Below, piece by piece: positions 1-9,732 of a stretch of DNA of 62,999 bases. A program made the translations under genes and the position numbers. Each line of letters opens with the position of its first letter. Position 1 is the first letter of the stretch. The stretch is from the NCBI GenBank assembly GCA_045605805.1, contig JAZUQR010000007.1, positions 1-62,999 on the forward strand. Direction: 5' to 3'. The notes under the pieces are model-generated. The model was not told the origin of the DNA. It did not search any database and saw only the letters and a program-made list of their open reading frames with translations. The DNA comes from Alphaproteobacteria bacterium (lineage in GTDB: Bacteria > Pseudomonadota > Alphaproteobacteria > CAAHEQ01 > UBA3637).

Positions 1-954
1 AAGCGTTATGGCACGAAGGTTGCGCCAACGGATCTGACAGTCATATTGGGTGGTTATATGACTGGTGGAGGTGATCGTACTTCTGAAGATGATCTAACTT
101 GTGCCTCTTGGTCCGCGTCTTCAAGTGGGTATGAAAGCGTGCGTTGCGTCTACTATGAGGGCGATAAGAACTGGAATTACACGTATAGGCGTCTACTCTC
201 GGCGCGCCCCGCTTTGCCTCCATCGGAGGCATCTAAAATCAGCCCGAGCGAAGCGAGGGTTCTCGCTGGAATCCGCGTAGCGGAATATGGGGAATACCCG
301 CAAACGGTCGCCGATGACGAGACCCGCGAGAAATTAGAAAGATTACATGATTCAAGATCTCTCCGTCCAACCGGAAAAAATTACACATTTGATTCAGTTG
401 ATTTACGCGATTATGGCACGTCTTTTAAGGCCACATCCTATCAGGAATATGAAATGGATGGCAAAAGGTATATCCGCGTTCCTGGACGGCCTGCTAACGA
501 CGATAGCAAGCTATCTACCGGGGAACAGGTAAAGCCCGGAAAACCCTACTGGGTTGAGGTCCAACCGATAGAATGGCTGATGGATGAAAGTGGCTTGATG
601 GTCGCCAAAAAATGCTTGTTCGCCGGTATTCAATTTGATACAAAGAGCGCATATGATGGCGACTTTTCCAAAATGTCCATGAAGCACTATTTGGACACTT
701 ATTTTGCTAAAGAAATAGAACCGTCTCAAACGTTGGAAAAAACACAAAAGAAAGAAAAGAGAAATCCTATTTCTAAAGAAAGAAAGGTCGACGATCTTGT
801 TTCAAAAGCAGCAAGATTGGACGAAGTATCTGAAAAAGCTCAAGAGACTTTAAAAAAGCAAGGACTTATAGGCAAAGCGTTGCATGACGCTGAACAAAAA
901 GAGCGCTTGAAAGTTAGTAAAGCCATTTTAAAGAAAAGACAGACCACAAGATAG
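1..954 (+). CDS. Hypothetical protein, 5'-partial (frame open from base 1); DUF6273-like motifs with a basic C-terminal tail
   Basis: Frame 1 is open from position 1 (KRYGTKVAPTDL...). Motifs WSASS...RPAL, EYGEYPQ, VQPIEWL, LFAGIQF; family assignment from memory only. Confidence 0.6.
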   Translation, partial: KRYGTKVAPTDLTVILGGYMTGGGDRTSEDDLTCASWSASSSGYESVRCVYYEGDKNWNYTYRRLLSARPALPPSEASKISPSEARVLAGIRVAEYGEYPQTVADDETREKLERLHDSRSLRPTGKNYTFDSVDLRDYGTSFKATSYQEYEMDGKRYIRVPGRPANDDSKLSTGEQVKPGKPYWVEVQPIEWLMDESGLMVAKKCLFAGIQFDTKSAYDGDFSKMSMKHYLDTYFAKEIEPSQTLEKTQKKEKRNPISKERKVDDLVSKAARLDEVSEKAQETLKKQGLIGKALHDAEQKERLKVSKAILKKRQTTR

Positions 955-966
955 CCTTTTCAAAAT

Positions 967-1001
967 AAAATAACCTCAGTTTCGGCTGGGGTTATTTTTT
1001 T
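967..1001 (+). terminator. Rho-independent terminator
   Basis: AAAATAACCTCAG-TTTCGG-CTGGGGTTATTTT followed by a T run, just after the stop at 954. Confidence 0.8.
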
Positions 1002-1158
1002 GTTCCCAGTTCGAATGTCGGTAAGGGCTTTAAATAGACGCAAAAATACGAAACATAATGAAATCAAGCGCTTACTGCGTTATCGGTTCGATTGTTGGAC
1101 AAAGTAAATTGTTTTTATTTTACCTCCAATCGAACTGACTTAACGCGCTAATAAATAT

Positions 1159-1185
1159 AAAAAAAGTCGTCATTTCTGACGACTT
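1159..1185 (-). terminator. Terminator downstream of tRNA-Ser
   Basis: AAGTCGTCA-TTTC-TGACGACTT hairpin with an A run on the left (U tract on minus strand). Confidence 0.7.
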
Positions 1186-1193
1186 GTCCAATT

Positions 1194-1284
1194 TGGCGGA
1201 GAGAGAGGGATTCGAACCCTCGGTGGGGGGCTGCCCCACGCCGGTTTTCAAGACCGGTGCCTTAAACCACTCGACCACCTCTCC
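1194..1284 (-). tRNA. tRNA-Ser(TGA)
   Basis: Reverse complement GGAGAGGTGGTCGAGTGG...CCGGT-CTTGAAA-ACCGG, long variable arm, GGTTCGAATCC, ending GCCA. Confidence 0.97.
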
Positions 1285-1400
1285 AAAAGGTGCAGTAATC
1301 TTAAAACAAAACCATTTTATTCAAAAAAAAAGAAAAAATCAAGTGCTTTTTTCATAAAAATAAGGTATGATAAAATACGAATCGAGGGGAAAAAATCAAA

Positions 1401-2603
1401 ATGGTTGTAAAATCAATAGGTTGGATTATTTTTAGTGTTTCTTTTTTGATGGGACAAATTGCAACTGCAAGTGACGATTTTGCCGCATGGAAACAAAACT
1501 TTGCAAAACAGGCAATGCAATCAGGGGTTTCCGAACAAACATTAAAAAAGTTTCTCCCCAAAATGCAACTGTTGCCACAGGTCATAAAAGCGGATAAAAA
1601 ACAACCGGAGTTTGTTTCAACTTTCTGGGAATATACGGATGCACGTCTGTCTCCCATACGAATTCAGGAAGGCAAAAGATTGCTTAAAAAATATCCCACT
1701 TGGTTAAAGCGGGTGTCCGACAAATATCAAGTTCAACCAGAGTTTATTTTGGCGTTTTGGGGGCTTGAAACAAACTATGGGAAAACCATGGGAAATATAG
1801 ATGTTTTGAACGCTTTAACAACATTGGCCTATAATCCAAGAAGGCGGACATTTTTTACCAAAGAGCTGATTGCCTTTTTGAAAATTATGGAAAAAGAAAA
1901 GTGGGATAAAGTGAAAGGATCATGGGCAGGGGCATTTGGACACTTTCAATTTATGCCTACAACCTTTGAGGCATACGCAGTGGATGCCGATAACAACGGC
2001 ACACGCAATGTTGTGGCCAGTATGCCTGATACATTTGCTTCGGCCGCAAACTATCTGCATCAAATGGGATGGAATCCAAATGAAACATGGGGACAGGAGG
2101 TCTTTTTGCCACAAAAGTTGGATTGGCATTGGGCGCAAGATAACAGCCGTAAAACAGTTGCGGATTGGATGAATATGGGAATAATGCCTGCTAACGGTCA
2201 ATGGAATGCCCCCTATAATATGCCGGCATCCTTGCTGTTGCCGATGGGAAAAAATGGCCCTGCATTTTTAACATACCCGAACTTTCGTCGTGTGATGCAA
2301 TGGAATAAATCGGAATTATATGCGCTTTCGGTATGTTTTTTGGCAGACATTCTTTCGGGGAAAACACAAAAAATTGAATATCCTCGCACAACACAACGTT
2401 TTTCAACGGAACAAGTCTATCAAATCCAACAGCGTTTGGCAGAGCTAGGCTATTATGAATCCAAACCAGATGGGATGATTGGCAAAAAAACACGTCAAGC
2501 CATAATGAACTTTCAACATGATAAAGGGGTTGACAAAGATGGCTATCCCAGTATAGAATTATTAAACTTGTTAAACATAAACGAAAGGAGTCCGAATGAT
2601 TAA
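1401..2603 (+). CDS. mltB: Lytic murein transglycosylase B (SLT_2 + peptidoglycan-binding domain)
   Basis: WGLETNYG, GSWAGAFGHFQFMP, SAANYL, C-terminal DGMIGKKTRQAI..FQ. Confidence 0.9.
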   Translation: MVVKSIGWIIFSVSFLMGQIATASDDFAAWKQNFAKQAMQSGVSEQTLKKFLPKMQLLPQVIKADKKQPEFVSTFWEYTDARLSPIRIQEGKRLLKKYPTWLKRVSDKYQVQPEFILAFWGLETNYGKTMGNIDVLNALTTLAYNPRRRTFFTKELIAFLKIMEKEKWDKVKGSWAGAFGHFQFMPTTFEAYAVDADNNGTRNVVASMPDTFASAANYLHQMGWNPNETWGQEVFLPQKLDWHWAQDNSRKTVADWMNMGIMPANGQWNAPYNMPASLLLPMGKNGPAFLTYPNFRRVMQWNKSELYALSVCFLADILSGKTQKIEYPRTTQRFSTEQVYQIQQRLAELGYYESKPDGMIGKKTRQAIMNFQHDKGVDKDGYPSIELLNLLNINERSPND

Positions 2604-3480
2604 ATATACATTATTGCTGAGTACAGCATTGCTTTTATCAGCCTGTACCTCTGGTCCGATTTTTGAACCATGGGAAGAAGAAGGGGAGGTAGCAGATGTT
2701 GTACTTGCCCCCACAGGAAGTGTCTATAAAATGGAAAAACCTTATGAAATTAATGGGGTATGGTATTATCCTGCCGAAAATTACAACTATGTGGAAGAAG
2801 GCTATGCTTCGTGGTATATGCCGGCAAATGGTACAACAGCTAAAACAGCCAATGGCGAAGAATATATCGCAACAGAAATGTCTGCACGTCATAAAACATT
2901 GCCCTTACCAAGTTTGGTGAAAATTACAAACCTTCAAAATGGTAAAGCAATTATTGCACGAGTCAATGATCGTGGTCCAATGGTCAATAATCGTTTAATT
3001 GATGTGTCACAAAAGGCAGCTCAGGAATTAGAGTTCCCTGTCACCGGAACAACCAAGGTGCGTGTTGAGATTTTAGCAAAAGAAAGCCAACAAATGCGTG
3101 ATGAGCTGTTGTCCGCAGGTCAGGTCTATATGGAAACAATGCCACAAGAAGAAGCCGTACCCGAAGTGGTTTCGGCAGAACCAGAACCAATAGTTCAAGA
3201 AGTAGTGCAACCCGTTCAACCTGTTCAAACACCAAAGGTGATAACAGTTGCCCCAACAGGTACTTATATCCAATTGGGGGCTTTTGGAAATCCAGCGAAT
3301 GCCGCCAAAGCTGAACAGGCCGCTTCCTCCTTCACAAAGGTGATAACAACCACAAAAGCGCAAGGAAACAGAACATTGTCCGTTGTAAAAGCAGGCCCTT
3401 ATGCCAACCCAGCCGAGGCTGAACAGGCCTTAAAGCAATTAAAACAATTGGGCTATCGGGATGCCTATATTGTAAAATAA
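2596..3480 (+). CDS. rlpA: Septal ring lytic transglycosylase RlpA lipoprotein with SPOR domain
   Basis: Lipobox LLSAC; GYASWY, TANGE, HKTLPLPS, RVNDRGP; C-terminal IQLGAF SPOR. Confidence 0.93.
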   Translation: MIKYTLLLSTALLLSACTSGPIFEPWEEEGEVADVVLAPTGSVYKMEKPYEINGVWYYPAENYNYVEEGYASWYMPANGTTAKTANGEEYIATEMSARHKTLPLPSLVKITNLQNGKAIIARVNDRGPMVNNRLIDVSQKAAQELEFPVTGTTKVRVEILAKESQQMRDELLSAGQVYMETMPQEEAVPEVVSAEPEPIVQEVVQPVQPVQTPKVITVAPTGTYIQLGAFGNPANAAKAEQAASSFTKVITTTKAQGNRTLSVVKAGPYANPAEAEQALKQLKQLGYRDAYIVK

Positions 3481-3507
3481 GGAGAAAAAGATAAGGAGTA
3501 AAAGACA

Positions 3508-4641
3508 ATGAATAAGCTGTTGTTTGCTTTATTGATGTTGGGAAGTGCCAGCCTTGCCAAAGCATCACTTTTTGAAACAAAGGCCACCCATGCCTTGTTG
3601 ATGGATGCGGACACAGGGGCCATCCTTTTTGAAAAAAAAGCCGATGAAAAAATGCAACCGGCATCAATGAGTAAATTGATGACAGCTTATCTTGTCTTTG
3701 AAGCCTTACAAAAGGGGCAATTTACTTTGGATACAGAATTCCAAGTATCCGATAATGCTTGGCAAAAGGGCGGGGCAAAAACAGGCGGTTCAACCATGTT
3801 TTTAGAGCCAAAACAATCTGTAAAAATCAAAGACTTGTTGCGAGGAATTATTGTCCAATCCGGAAATGATGCGTGTATTGTTGTGGCCGAAGGAATGGCC
3901 GGTTCGGAAGAGGCATTTGCTCAAATGATGACAGCCAAAGCCAAACAGCTGGGGCTAAAAAACTCAACATTCAAAAACGCCACAGGATTACCACACAAGG
4001 AACATTTGATGAGCGCAAAAGATTTGGCTTTGTTAGCCCAACGCCTAATCAATGATTTTCCTCAATACTATACCATCTATTCCGAAAAAGAGTTCACTTA
4101 CAATAAAATCAAGCAACAAAACCGCAATCCGTTGCTTGGACAAATCCCAGGGGCAGATGGCCTGAAAACAGGGCATACAGAAAGTTCGGGCTATGGTTTA
4201 ACGGGGTCGGCAAAAACCTATGACGGACGCCGTTTAATCATGGTGGTGAATGGCCTTAAAACAATGGCAGATCGTTCAAAAGAATCTAAAAGTTTGATAA
4301 GCTGGGGTATGGCGAACTTTGAAAACGCACAAATTTTGTCCCCCGAAAAAACTTTGGTGGAAGTGCCAGTGTGGCTTGGCAAAGAAAAAACTGTTCCTGC
4401 CGTGCCGGATCAACAATTAGTTTATACAATCAATAAATGGGATAATCCTAAGATAGAATCACAAGTACAGTATAATCAGCCTGTCAAAGCTCCCATTAAA
4501 AAAGGCCAATATCTGGGCACAATTACAACCAAGCTCCCAAACGGCCAAATGGTGGAACGAAAGCTGTTAGCAGGAAAAGATATTGAAAAATTAGGATATT
4601 TTGCAAAAGTAAAAGCATTGATTTTTGGTCAAGGGGATTAA
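3508..4641 (+). CDS. dacA: D-alanyl-D-alanine carboxypeptidase (PBP5/6, S11)
   Basis: PASMSK (SxxK), SGN, KTG motifs; signal peptide. Confidence 0.92.
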   Translation: MNKLLFALLMLGSASLAKASLFETKATHALLMDADTGAILFEKKADEKMQPASMSKLMTAYLVFEALQKGQFTLDTEFQVSDNAWQKGGAKTGGSTMFLEPKQSVKIKDLLRGIIVQSGNDACIVVAEGMAGSEEAFAQMMTAKAKQLGLKNSTFKNATGLPHKEHLMSAKDLALLAQRLINDFPQYYTIYSEKEFTYNKIKQQNRNPLLGQIPGADGLKTGHTESSGYGLTGSAKTYDGRRLIMVVNGLKTMADRSKESKSLISWGMANFENAQILSPEKTLVEVPVWLGKEKTVPAVPDQQLVYTINKWDNPKIESQVQYNQPVKAPIKKGQYLGTITTKLPNGQMVERKLLAGKDIEKLGYFAKVKALIFGQGD

Positions 4642-4642
4642 A

Positions 4643-5281
4643 ATGAAAGGGTTATTTATCACATTTGAAGGGGGCGAAGGTTCGGGCAAATCCACCCAAA
4701 TTCGCTTACTTGCAGAGGCATTAAAAAATAAAGGCAAAAATGTTATCATCACCCGTGAACCAGGGGGATCTCCCGATGCCGAAGAAATCAGAAAACTGCT
4801 TGTCACAGGAAAAGCCGATCGTTGGGATGATATCACAGAAACCTTGCTGTTTTTTGCTGCCAGACGCAACCACCTAACAACAAAAATATGGCCGGAAATG
4901 GAAAAAGGAGCTATTGTTTTATGTGATCGTTTTGCTGACAGTACAATGGCTTATCAAGGGTATGGATATGGAGATAATCCGGCCCAACAAACTTTGATTA
5001 AAAATCTTTATAAGGAAATAGCAGGTTCGTTTCAGCCAAACTTAACAATTTTGTTGGATATTCCTGTACAGCAGGGCCTAAAACGAAGTCGCCGTGAAGA
5101 TAATAAAGAGCAACGCTTTGAGGATAAAGAGGTTTTGTTTCATGAACGGCTGCGTCAAGCATACTTGAATATGGCACAAGAAGAACCAAATCGCTTTGTC
5201 GTCATTTCTGCCGAACAACCCATTGAAAAAATCCATCAACAAATTATGAACACCTTAGAATCCAGATTGCCTAATGTTTGA
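4643..5281 (+). CDS. tmk: Thymidylate kinase
   Basis: FITFEGGEGSGKST, TREPGG, DRF..ST.AYQG; ATG at 4643 preferred. Confidence 0.96.
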   Translation: MKGLFITFEGGEGSGKSTQIRLLAEALKNKGKNVIITREPGGSPDAEEIRKLLVTGKADRWDDITETLLFFAARRNHLTTKIWPEMEKGAIVLCDRFADSTMAYQGYGYGDNPAQQTLIKNLYKEIAGSFQPNLTILLDIPVQQGLKRSRREDNKEQRFEDKEVLFHERLRQAYLNMAQEEPNRFVVISAEQPIEKIHQQIMNTLESRLPNV

Positions 5282-6203
5282 AAACGAAGAAAATCAAATC
5301 CTTGCCTCATTGAACACAGAAAATCCGGCTAAATCGTGGCTGATTATCGGAGAAAAGGGAATCGGCAAAAGTGCTTTTTCAAAAAAACTGATACAAAAGT
5401 TGACAAAAAATTACAATGACTATAATCCCTCTGTTCAATGGATTGAATGCGGTTTAACAGATGCTGCCAAAAAGGAAATCCAAAAAGCGATATTGGCGGG
5501 TGAAAAACCAAACGAAAAAGAATGGAGTAAAAAAACAGAAATCACAGTGGATGATGTGCGCCAAGGCTGCCATTTTCTTTCACTAAAATCTAATCAAATC
5601 AAGGTGTTGGTTATCAATTTGGCAGACGATATGAACGAAAATGCCCAAAATGCTTTACTTAAAACATTGGAAGAACCATATCCCAATACGTTGATTTTGT
5701 TGCTGTGCGAAAATATCGGTCACTTGCTTCCAACAATTAAATCTCGTTGCCAACAAGTACATTTGCTTCCACCAAAAGAAGCAGATTTTGTGACAACTTT
5801 GTCGCAAAAACATCCCCATTTATCGTCCGATGAAAAACAAGAAATTCAATTTCTTTCTGATAACATCATCGGTCAAGCCGAAGCAATCATTCAAATGGAT
5901 GGCTTGGAGATTTATCATCAGCTGGTTGATATTTTATCCAATCCTTTGAACCCGCAACGCATAGTCAACTTTGCCGAACAGGTCATTCAAAATCCAAAAT
6001 ACTATCTTCTGACAACAGATATTGTGTTGAAATATCTGTCCTTCAAAGCCAAAGAAGCCACATCATTTTCTTTGGAAAAAGCGTTTGATATAACCAATCT
6101 GTACGAAAAAATTAAACATTTAATCCAGCAAACAGACAGCTTAAATTTGGATAAAAAACAAACCATGATAACAATCATTCATCAGATATCGGAGTCCCTA
6201 TGA
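5274..6203 (+). CDS. holB: DNA polymerase III delta' subunit
   Basis: GEKGIGKS, ITVDDVR, AQNALLKTLEEP, LLPTIKSRC; follows tmk. Confidence 0.9.
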   Translation: MFENEENQILASLNTENPAKSWLIIGEKGIGKSAFSKKLIQKLTKNYNDYNPSVQWIECGLTDAAKKEIQKAILAGEKPNEKEWSKKTEITVDDVRQGCHFLSLKSNQIKVLVINLADDMNENAQNALLKTLEEPYPNTLILLLCENIGHLLPTIKSRCQQVHLLPPKEADFVTTLSQKHPHLSSDEKQEIQFLSDNIIGQAEAIIQMDGLEIYHQLVDILSNPLNPQRIVNFAEQVIQNPKYYLLTTDIVLKYLSFKAKEATSFSLEKAFDITNLYEKIKHLIQQTDSLNLDKKQTMITIIHQISESL

Positions 6204-6976
6204 CCATAGACAGCCATTGCCATGTAGACCAAGCAGATTATCAAGAACCAATAGAGCAAATTATCTATCGTGCCTTGCAGGCAGGGGTAAAACATATTCT
6301 GGCCGTTGCGTGCAATCCATCAGATTATGAAGAATTATACCAACAACAGCAAACATTTCCAATGCTTTATACAGCGTTTGGCGTCCATCCGGAATATGCA
6401 CATCAGTCGCAAGATATCGCCTTGCTGGAAGAAACACTTATCAAATCCAAAGCCATTGCTGTTGGCGAATGTGGTTTAGACTATCACGAATCCGAAGCCA
6501 GCCCACAAGAACAAAAAGCACTGTTTTGGCAACAAATTGAGCTGGCAGAGAAGCTAAATCTACCGCTGATGATTCACTGCCGTGACGCCGAAGGGGATAT
6601 GCGTGAAGTGCTTCAAAAAGCCTATACATCCGGAAAATTAAAAAATGGCTTTGTCTTGCATTGTTTCTCAGGCAGCTTAGATATGGCAAAAGAAACAGTA
6701 AAAATGGGGGGATATTTGTCTGCCTCTGGGGTCATTACATTTAAGAATGCCGAACGTGTGCGAGAGATTTTTGCGCAAATCCCATTGGAAAATCTGTTGG
6801 TGGAAACGGATGCCCCATATTTGGCTCCCCATCCTTTGCGGGGAAAACCAAACGAACCTGCTTATGTGCAACATACATTGGCAAAATTGGCTGAAATCAA
6901 AGGAATATCTGTTGCCCAAATGGAACACATCACCACCCAAAACTTTAACAAATTATATCAATTGGAGAACAAATGA
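6200..6976 (+). CDS. tatD: TatD family DNase
   Basis: DSHCH, GVHP, VGECGLDY, IHCR, LHCFSG, LVETDAPYLAP. Confidence 0.95.
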   Translation: MTIDSHCHVDQADYQEPIEQIIYRALQAGVKHILAVACNPSDYEELYQQQQTFPMLYTAFGVHPEYAHQSQDIALLEETLIKSKAIAVGECGLDYHESEASPQEQKALFWQQIELAEKLNLPLMIHCRDAEGDMREVLQKAYTSGKLKNGFVLHCFSGSLDMAKETVKMGGYLSASGVITFKNAERVREIFAQIPLENLLVETDAPYLAPHPLRGKPNEPAYVQHTLAKLAEIKGISVAQMEHITTQNFNKLYQLENK

Positions 6977-7725
6977 AAATCACGATTCTTGGATGCGGTC
7001 CTTCTTATGGAATGCCTTCAATTACAAGGGGATTTGGCCCGTCTGACCCAAACGAGCCGAAAAATGTCCGAACCCGTTCCGCAATCTTACTACAAGATAA
7101 AGAGGTGGGATTGTTGTTTGATACTGATCCAGAAATCCGCCTGCAATTGTTAAAGGCAGGCAGCCCAAATATCACTCATCTGTGTTATACGCACGCCCAT
7201 TATGACCATATGGGTGGGGCAGAGGATGTGCGTGTCGTTGCCCGAGAATTAAATCAAGTCGTGCAAGTCTATGGTACACAAAAGGATATGCTGGCATTGC
7301 GTCGGCAAATGCCGTATGTTTTTGAACCAACACGCCAAAGCACAATGAAATTGCACTATATAAAGCCTTATAAATCCTTCAAAATCAAGCACTTGGAAAT
7401 CATGCCGATTTTGCAATATCATGGTCAATGTAATTCAATCGGCTATCGGATTGGGGATTTTGCCTACTGTACGGATGTCAAATCTATAGACAAAGAAGGA
7501 TGGGGTCTTTTGAAAGGTATTAAAACATGGGTTTTAGGCTGTGTCACAACAACCGAAAACGAAAAACATATTCACCTTGAAGAAGCCTTGAAATGGATAA
7601 AAAAAATCAATCCAAACACCGCATATTTAACCCATATGGGATCAAAAATGGATTATAAGCATCTGAAAAAAACATTACCCAAGGGTGTCTATCCATGCTA
7701 TGACGGCATGGTAATAAAGCTGTAA
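6973..7725 (+). CDS. MBL-fold metallohydrolase, PhnP/YycJ-like
   Basis: ILGCG, THAHYDH, AYCTD, LTHM; usual position after tatD. Confidence 0.88.
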   Translation: MKITILGCGPSYGMPSITRGFGPSDPNEPKNVRTRSAILLQDKEVGLLFDTDPEIRLQLLKAGSPNITHLCYTHAHYDHMGGAEDVRVVARELNQVVQVYGTQKDMLALRRQMPYVFEPTRQSTMKLHYIKPYKSFKIKHLEIMPILQYHGQCNSIGYRIGDFAYCTDVKSIDKEGWGLLKGIKTWVLGCVTTTENEKHIHLEEALKWIKKINPNTAYLTHMGSKMDYKHLKKTLPKGVYPCYDGMVIKL

Positions 7726-7789
7726 AACAAGGAGTTAGGGAAGGGGATACAGCGTTTCAAAAAGCGACGCATCCCCCCAGAAAACTACC

Positions 7790-7936
7790 TTAAACCGCTC
7801 CATCAGAGGACGTTTCAACAACAATTTGCGTTTGAGGCTGTTTTGGAAAAAAATAATCCCAAGCATCTGTAAAAACATACGCAATTCCAATGCAGGCCAT
7901 CACAAGTAAAAATAAAGTAAACCATAAAAACTTCAT
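7790..7936 (-). CDS. Small single-pass membrane protein (48 aa), not in the ORF track
   Basis: GGAGG SD then MKFLWFTLFLLVMACIGIAYVFTDAWDYFFPKQPQTQIVVETSSDGAV*. Confidence 0.55.
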   Translation of the reverse strand: MKFLWFTLFLLVMACIGIAYVFTDAWDYFFPKQPQTQIVVETSSDGAV

Positions 7937-8077
7937 CGTAAAACCTCCGTTAAAAACAAGATGGAATTAAAAATCAATTGATGCAAGCAAACAAAAGTAT
8001 AGCTAAACTTTATTGTTTAGACAAAAAATATAACTCATTGAAACAAAAGGGAATAATACAAAACATTACACGTCACA

Positions 8078-8105
8078 TTGTCGCATAATTTATATTATGT
8101 ATCCA
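8078..8105 (+). other. Probable chromosomal dif site (XerC/XerD)
   Basis: TTGTCGCATAA-TTTATA-TTATGTATCCA; 11-6-11 layout with the CGCATAA/TTATGT core of proteobacterial dif; intergenic where gene orientation flips. Confidence 0.72.
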
Positions 8106-8330
8106 AATAGGAGGGGGATAGATGAAAAATGAAATCATCCGCAAAGAGGCTCATGTCTGAAAATCTTTGTAAGGTTTCATACAAAAAAGATGGGACACGA
8201 TTTTTCAGCCAGCTTATGGTACACGGATACGATTTTGTAAAAAGATTTTGACCACAGAGAGTTCTTAAAAAAAATCAAGGCACTTGAAAAGCACCTTGAC
8301 AAAAGATATACAAAGTAAATCTTGATAAAA

Positions 8331-8645
8331 TTATATAGATGATTTAATCCAATCCACCAATTCACTTTTACCACAAGCACCATGATGTTCGGCAACTTTT
8401 TGGCCAGCCTTGAATAAAATCATTGTTGGAATAGATTGAATTTCGTATTTAGCCGACACCTGTTCTGCCTCATCCACATCCAATTTGACAATTTTGACAA
8501 CATCTGCCATTTCGTTTGATAATTCGTCTGCAATCGGCAACATCTGACGACATGGCCCACACCAAACGGCAAAAAAATCAACCAATACAGGTTTTTCTGA
8601 TTTTAACACTTCTTGTTCAAAATTTGTGTCATTTACTTGTTCCAT
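8331..8645 (-). CDS. trxA: Thioredoxin
   Basis: WCGPC active site; start MEQVND at 8645 behind an AAAGGAG SD. Confidence 0.96.
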   Translation of the reverse strand: MEQVNDTNFEQEVLKSEKPVLVDFFAVWCGPCRQMLPIADELSNEMADVVKIVKLDVDEAEQVSAKYEIQSIPTMILFKAGQKVAEHHGACGKSELVDWIKSSI

Positions 8646-8685
8646 TTTTCTCTCCTTTGTTAAATCTGTGGTATATATAACATAA

Positions 8686-9732
8686 TCAATTTGTCTTGTC
8701 AAGCTCTTCCAAAGGCCATCTCGGACGTGCCTTAAAATCCAAATTATCTGTCATATTTAAGCGCAAGCGCTCCATACCCGCCCACGCAATCATCACCCCA
8801 TTATCTGTGCAATAAGACATAGGTGGGGCAGAAAAAACCATTTTATTTTTTGTGGCCAATTCTTCTAACATAGTCCGCACCGCAGCATTGGCAGCAACAC
8901 CACCACCAACAACCAAATCCTTTGCCTTTGGAAAATCAGCCTTAAATTGTTTCAATGCATGTGACACTCTGTCCTTCATCTGAGCCACAACAGCCGATTG
9001 AAAACAAGCACACATATCGTTTTTTTCTGCGTCAGATAAAACACCCAAGCGTTCAATCTGAACCCGCACAGCAGTTTTTAAGCCGGAAAAAGAAAAGTCA
9101 CACCCTACTCGCCCTTTCATGGGAACCGGTAATTGAAAAGCCTTTGGATTACCCAAATAAGCCCGTTTTTCCAAATTGGGCCCGCCAGGATAACCAATAT
9201 CCAACATTTTTGCAACCTTATCAAAGGCTTCTCCGGCAGAATCATCAATCGTTGCGCCTAATTTTTTATATTGACCCACGCCTTTAACCTCCAAAATCTG
9301 ACAGTGTCCGCCCGAGGTCAATAACAATAAATAAGGAAACGCAACAGGATTCGTAAGCCGAGCAACCAAAGCATGGCCTTCTAAATGATTCACAGCAATA
9401 AATGGCAGGTTATGTGCAAAAGCAATAGCCTTAGCTGTCATCACGCCAACCAGAACACCACCAATAAGCCCAGGACCAGCCGCCACGGCAACGGCAGATA
9501 AATCTTTGAATTCTAAGGATGCTTTGTTCATACATTCCTTGATAAGTAAATCGCATTTTTCTAAATGAGCTCGGGCTGCAATCTCCGGTACAACACCTCC
9601 AAAACGCCTATGCTCATCATATTGCGACCACACAACAGAAGATAAAACTTCACCTTTATCATTCACCAAAGCACAAGCCGTTTCATCACACGATGACTCA
9701 ATCCCTAAAACTATGTGTTCTTTTTTAACCAT
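8686..9732 (-). CDS. tsaD: tRNA N6-adenosine threonylcarbamoyltransferase TsaD
   Basis: LGIESSCDET, GGVVPE, NHLEGH, DDSAGEAFDK, FSFSGLKT, CTDNG. Confidence 0.97.
   Translation of the reverse strand: MVKKEHIVLGIESSCDETACALVNDKGEVLSSVVWSQYDEHRRFGGVVPEIAARAHLEKCDLLIKECMNKASLEFKDLSAVAVAAGPGLIGGVLVGVMTAKAIAFAHNLPFIAVNHLEGHALVARLTNPVAFPYLLLLTSGGHCQILEVKGVGQYKKLGATIDDSAGEAFDKVAKMLDIGYPGGPNLEKRAYLGNPKAFQLPVPMKGRVGCDFSFSGLKTAVRVQIERLGVLSDAEKNDMCACFQSAVVAQMKDRVSHALKQFKADFPKAKDLVVGGGVAANAAVRTMLEELATKNKMVFSAPPMSYCTDNGVMIAWAGMERLRLNMTDNLDFKARPRWPLEELDKTN

Noticed and set aside
8110-8320. Short plus-strand ORFs right of dif behind a GGAGG
   Set aside because: Only 12-40 codons in different frames with no recognisable product; possibly a decayed gene.
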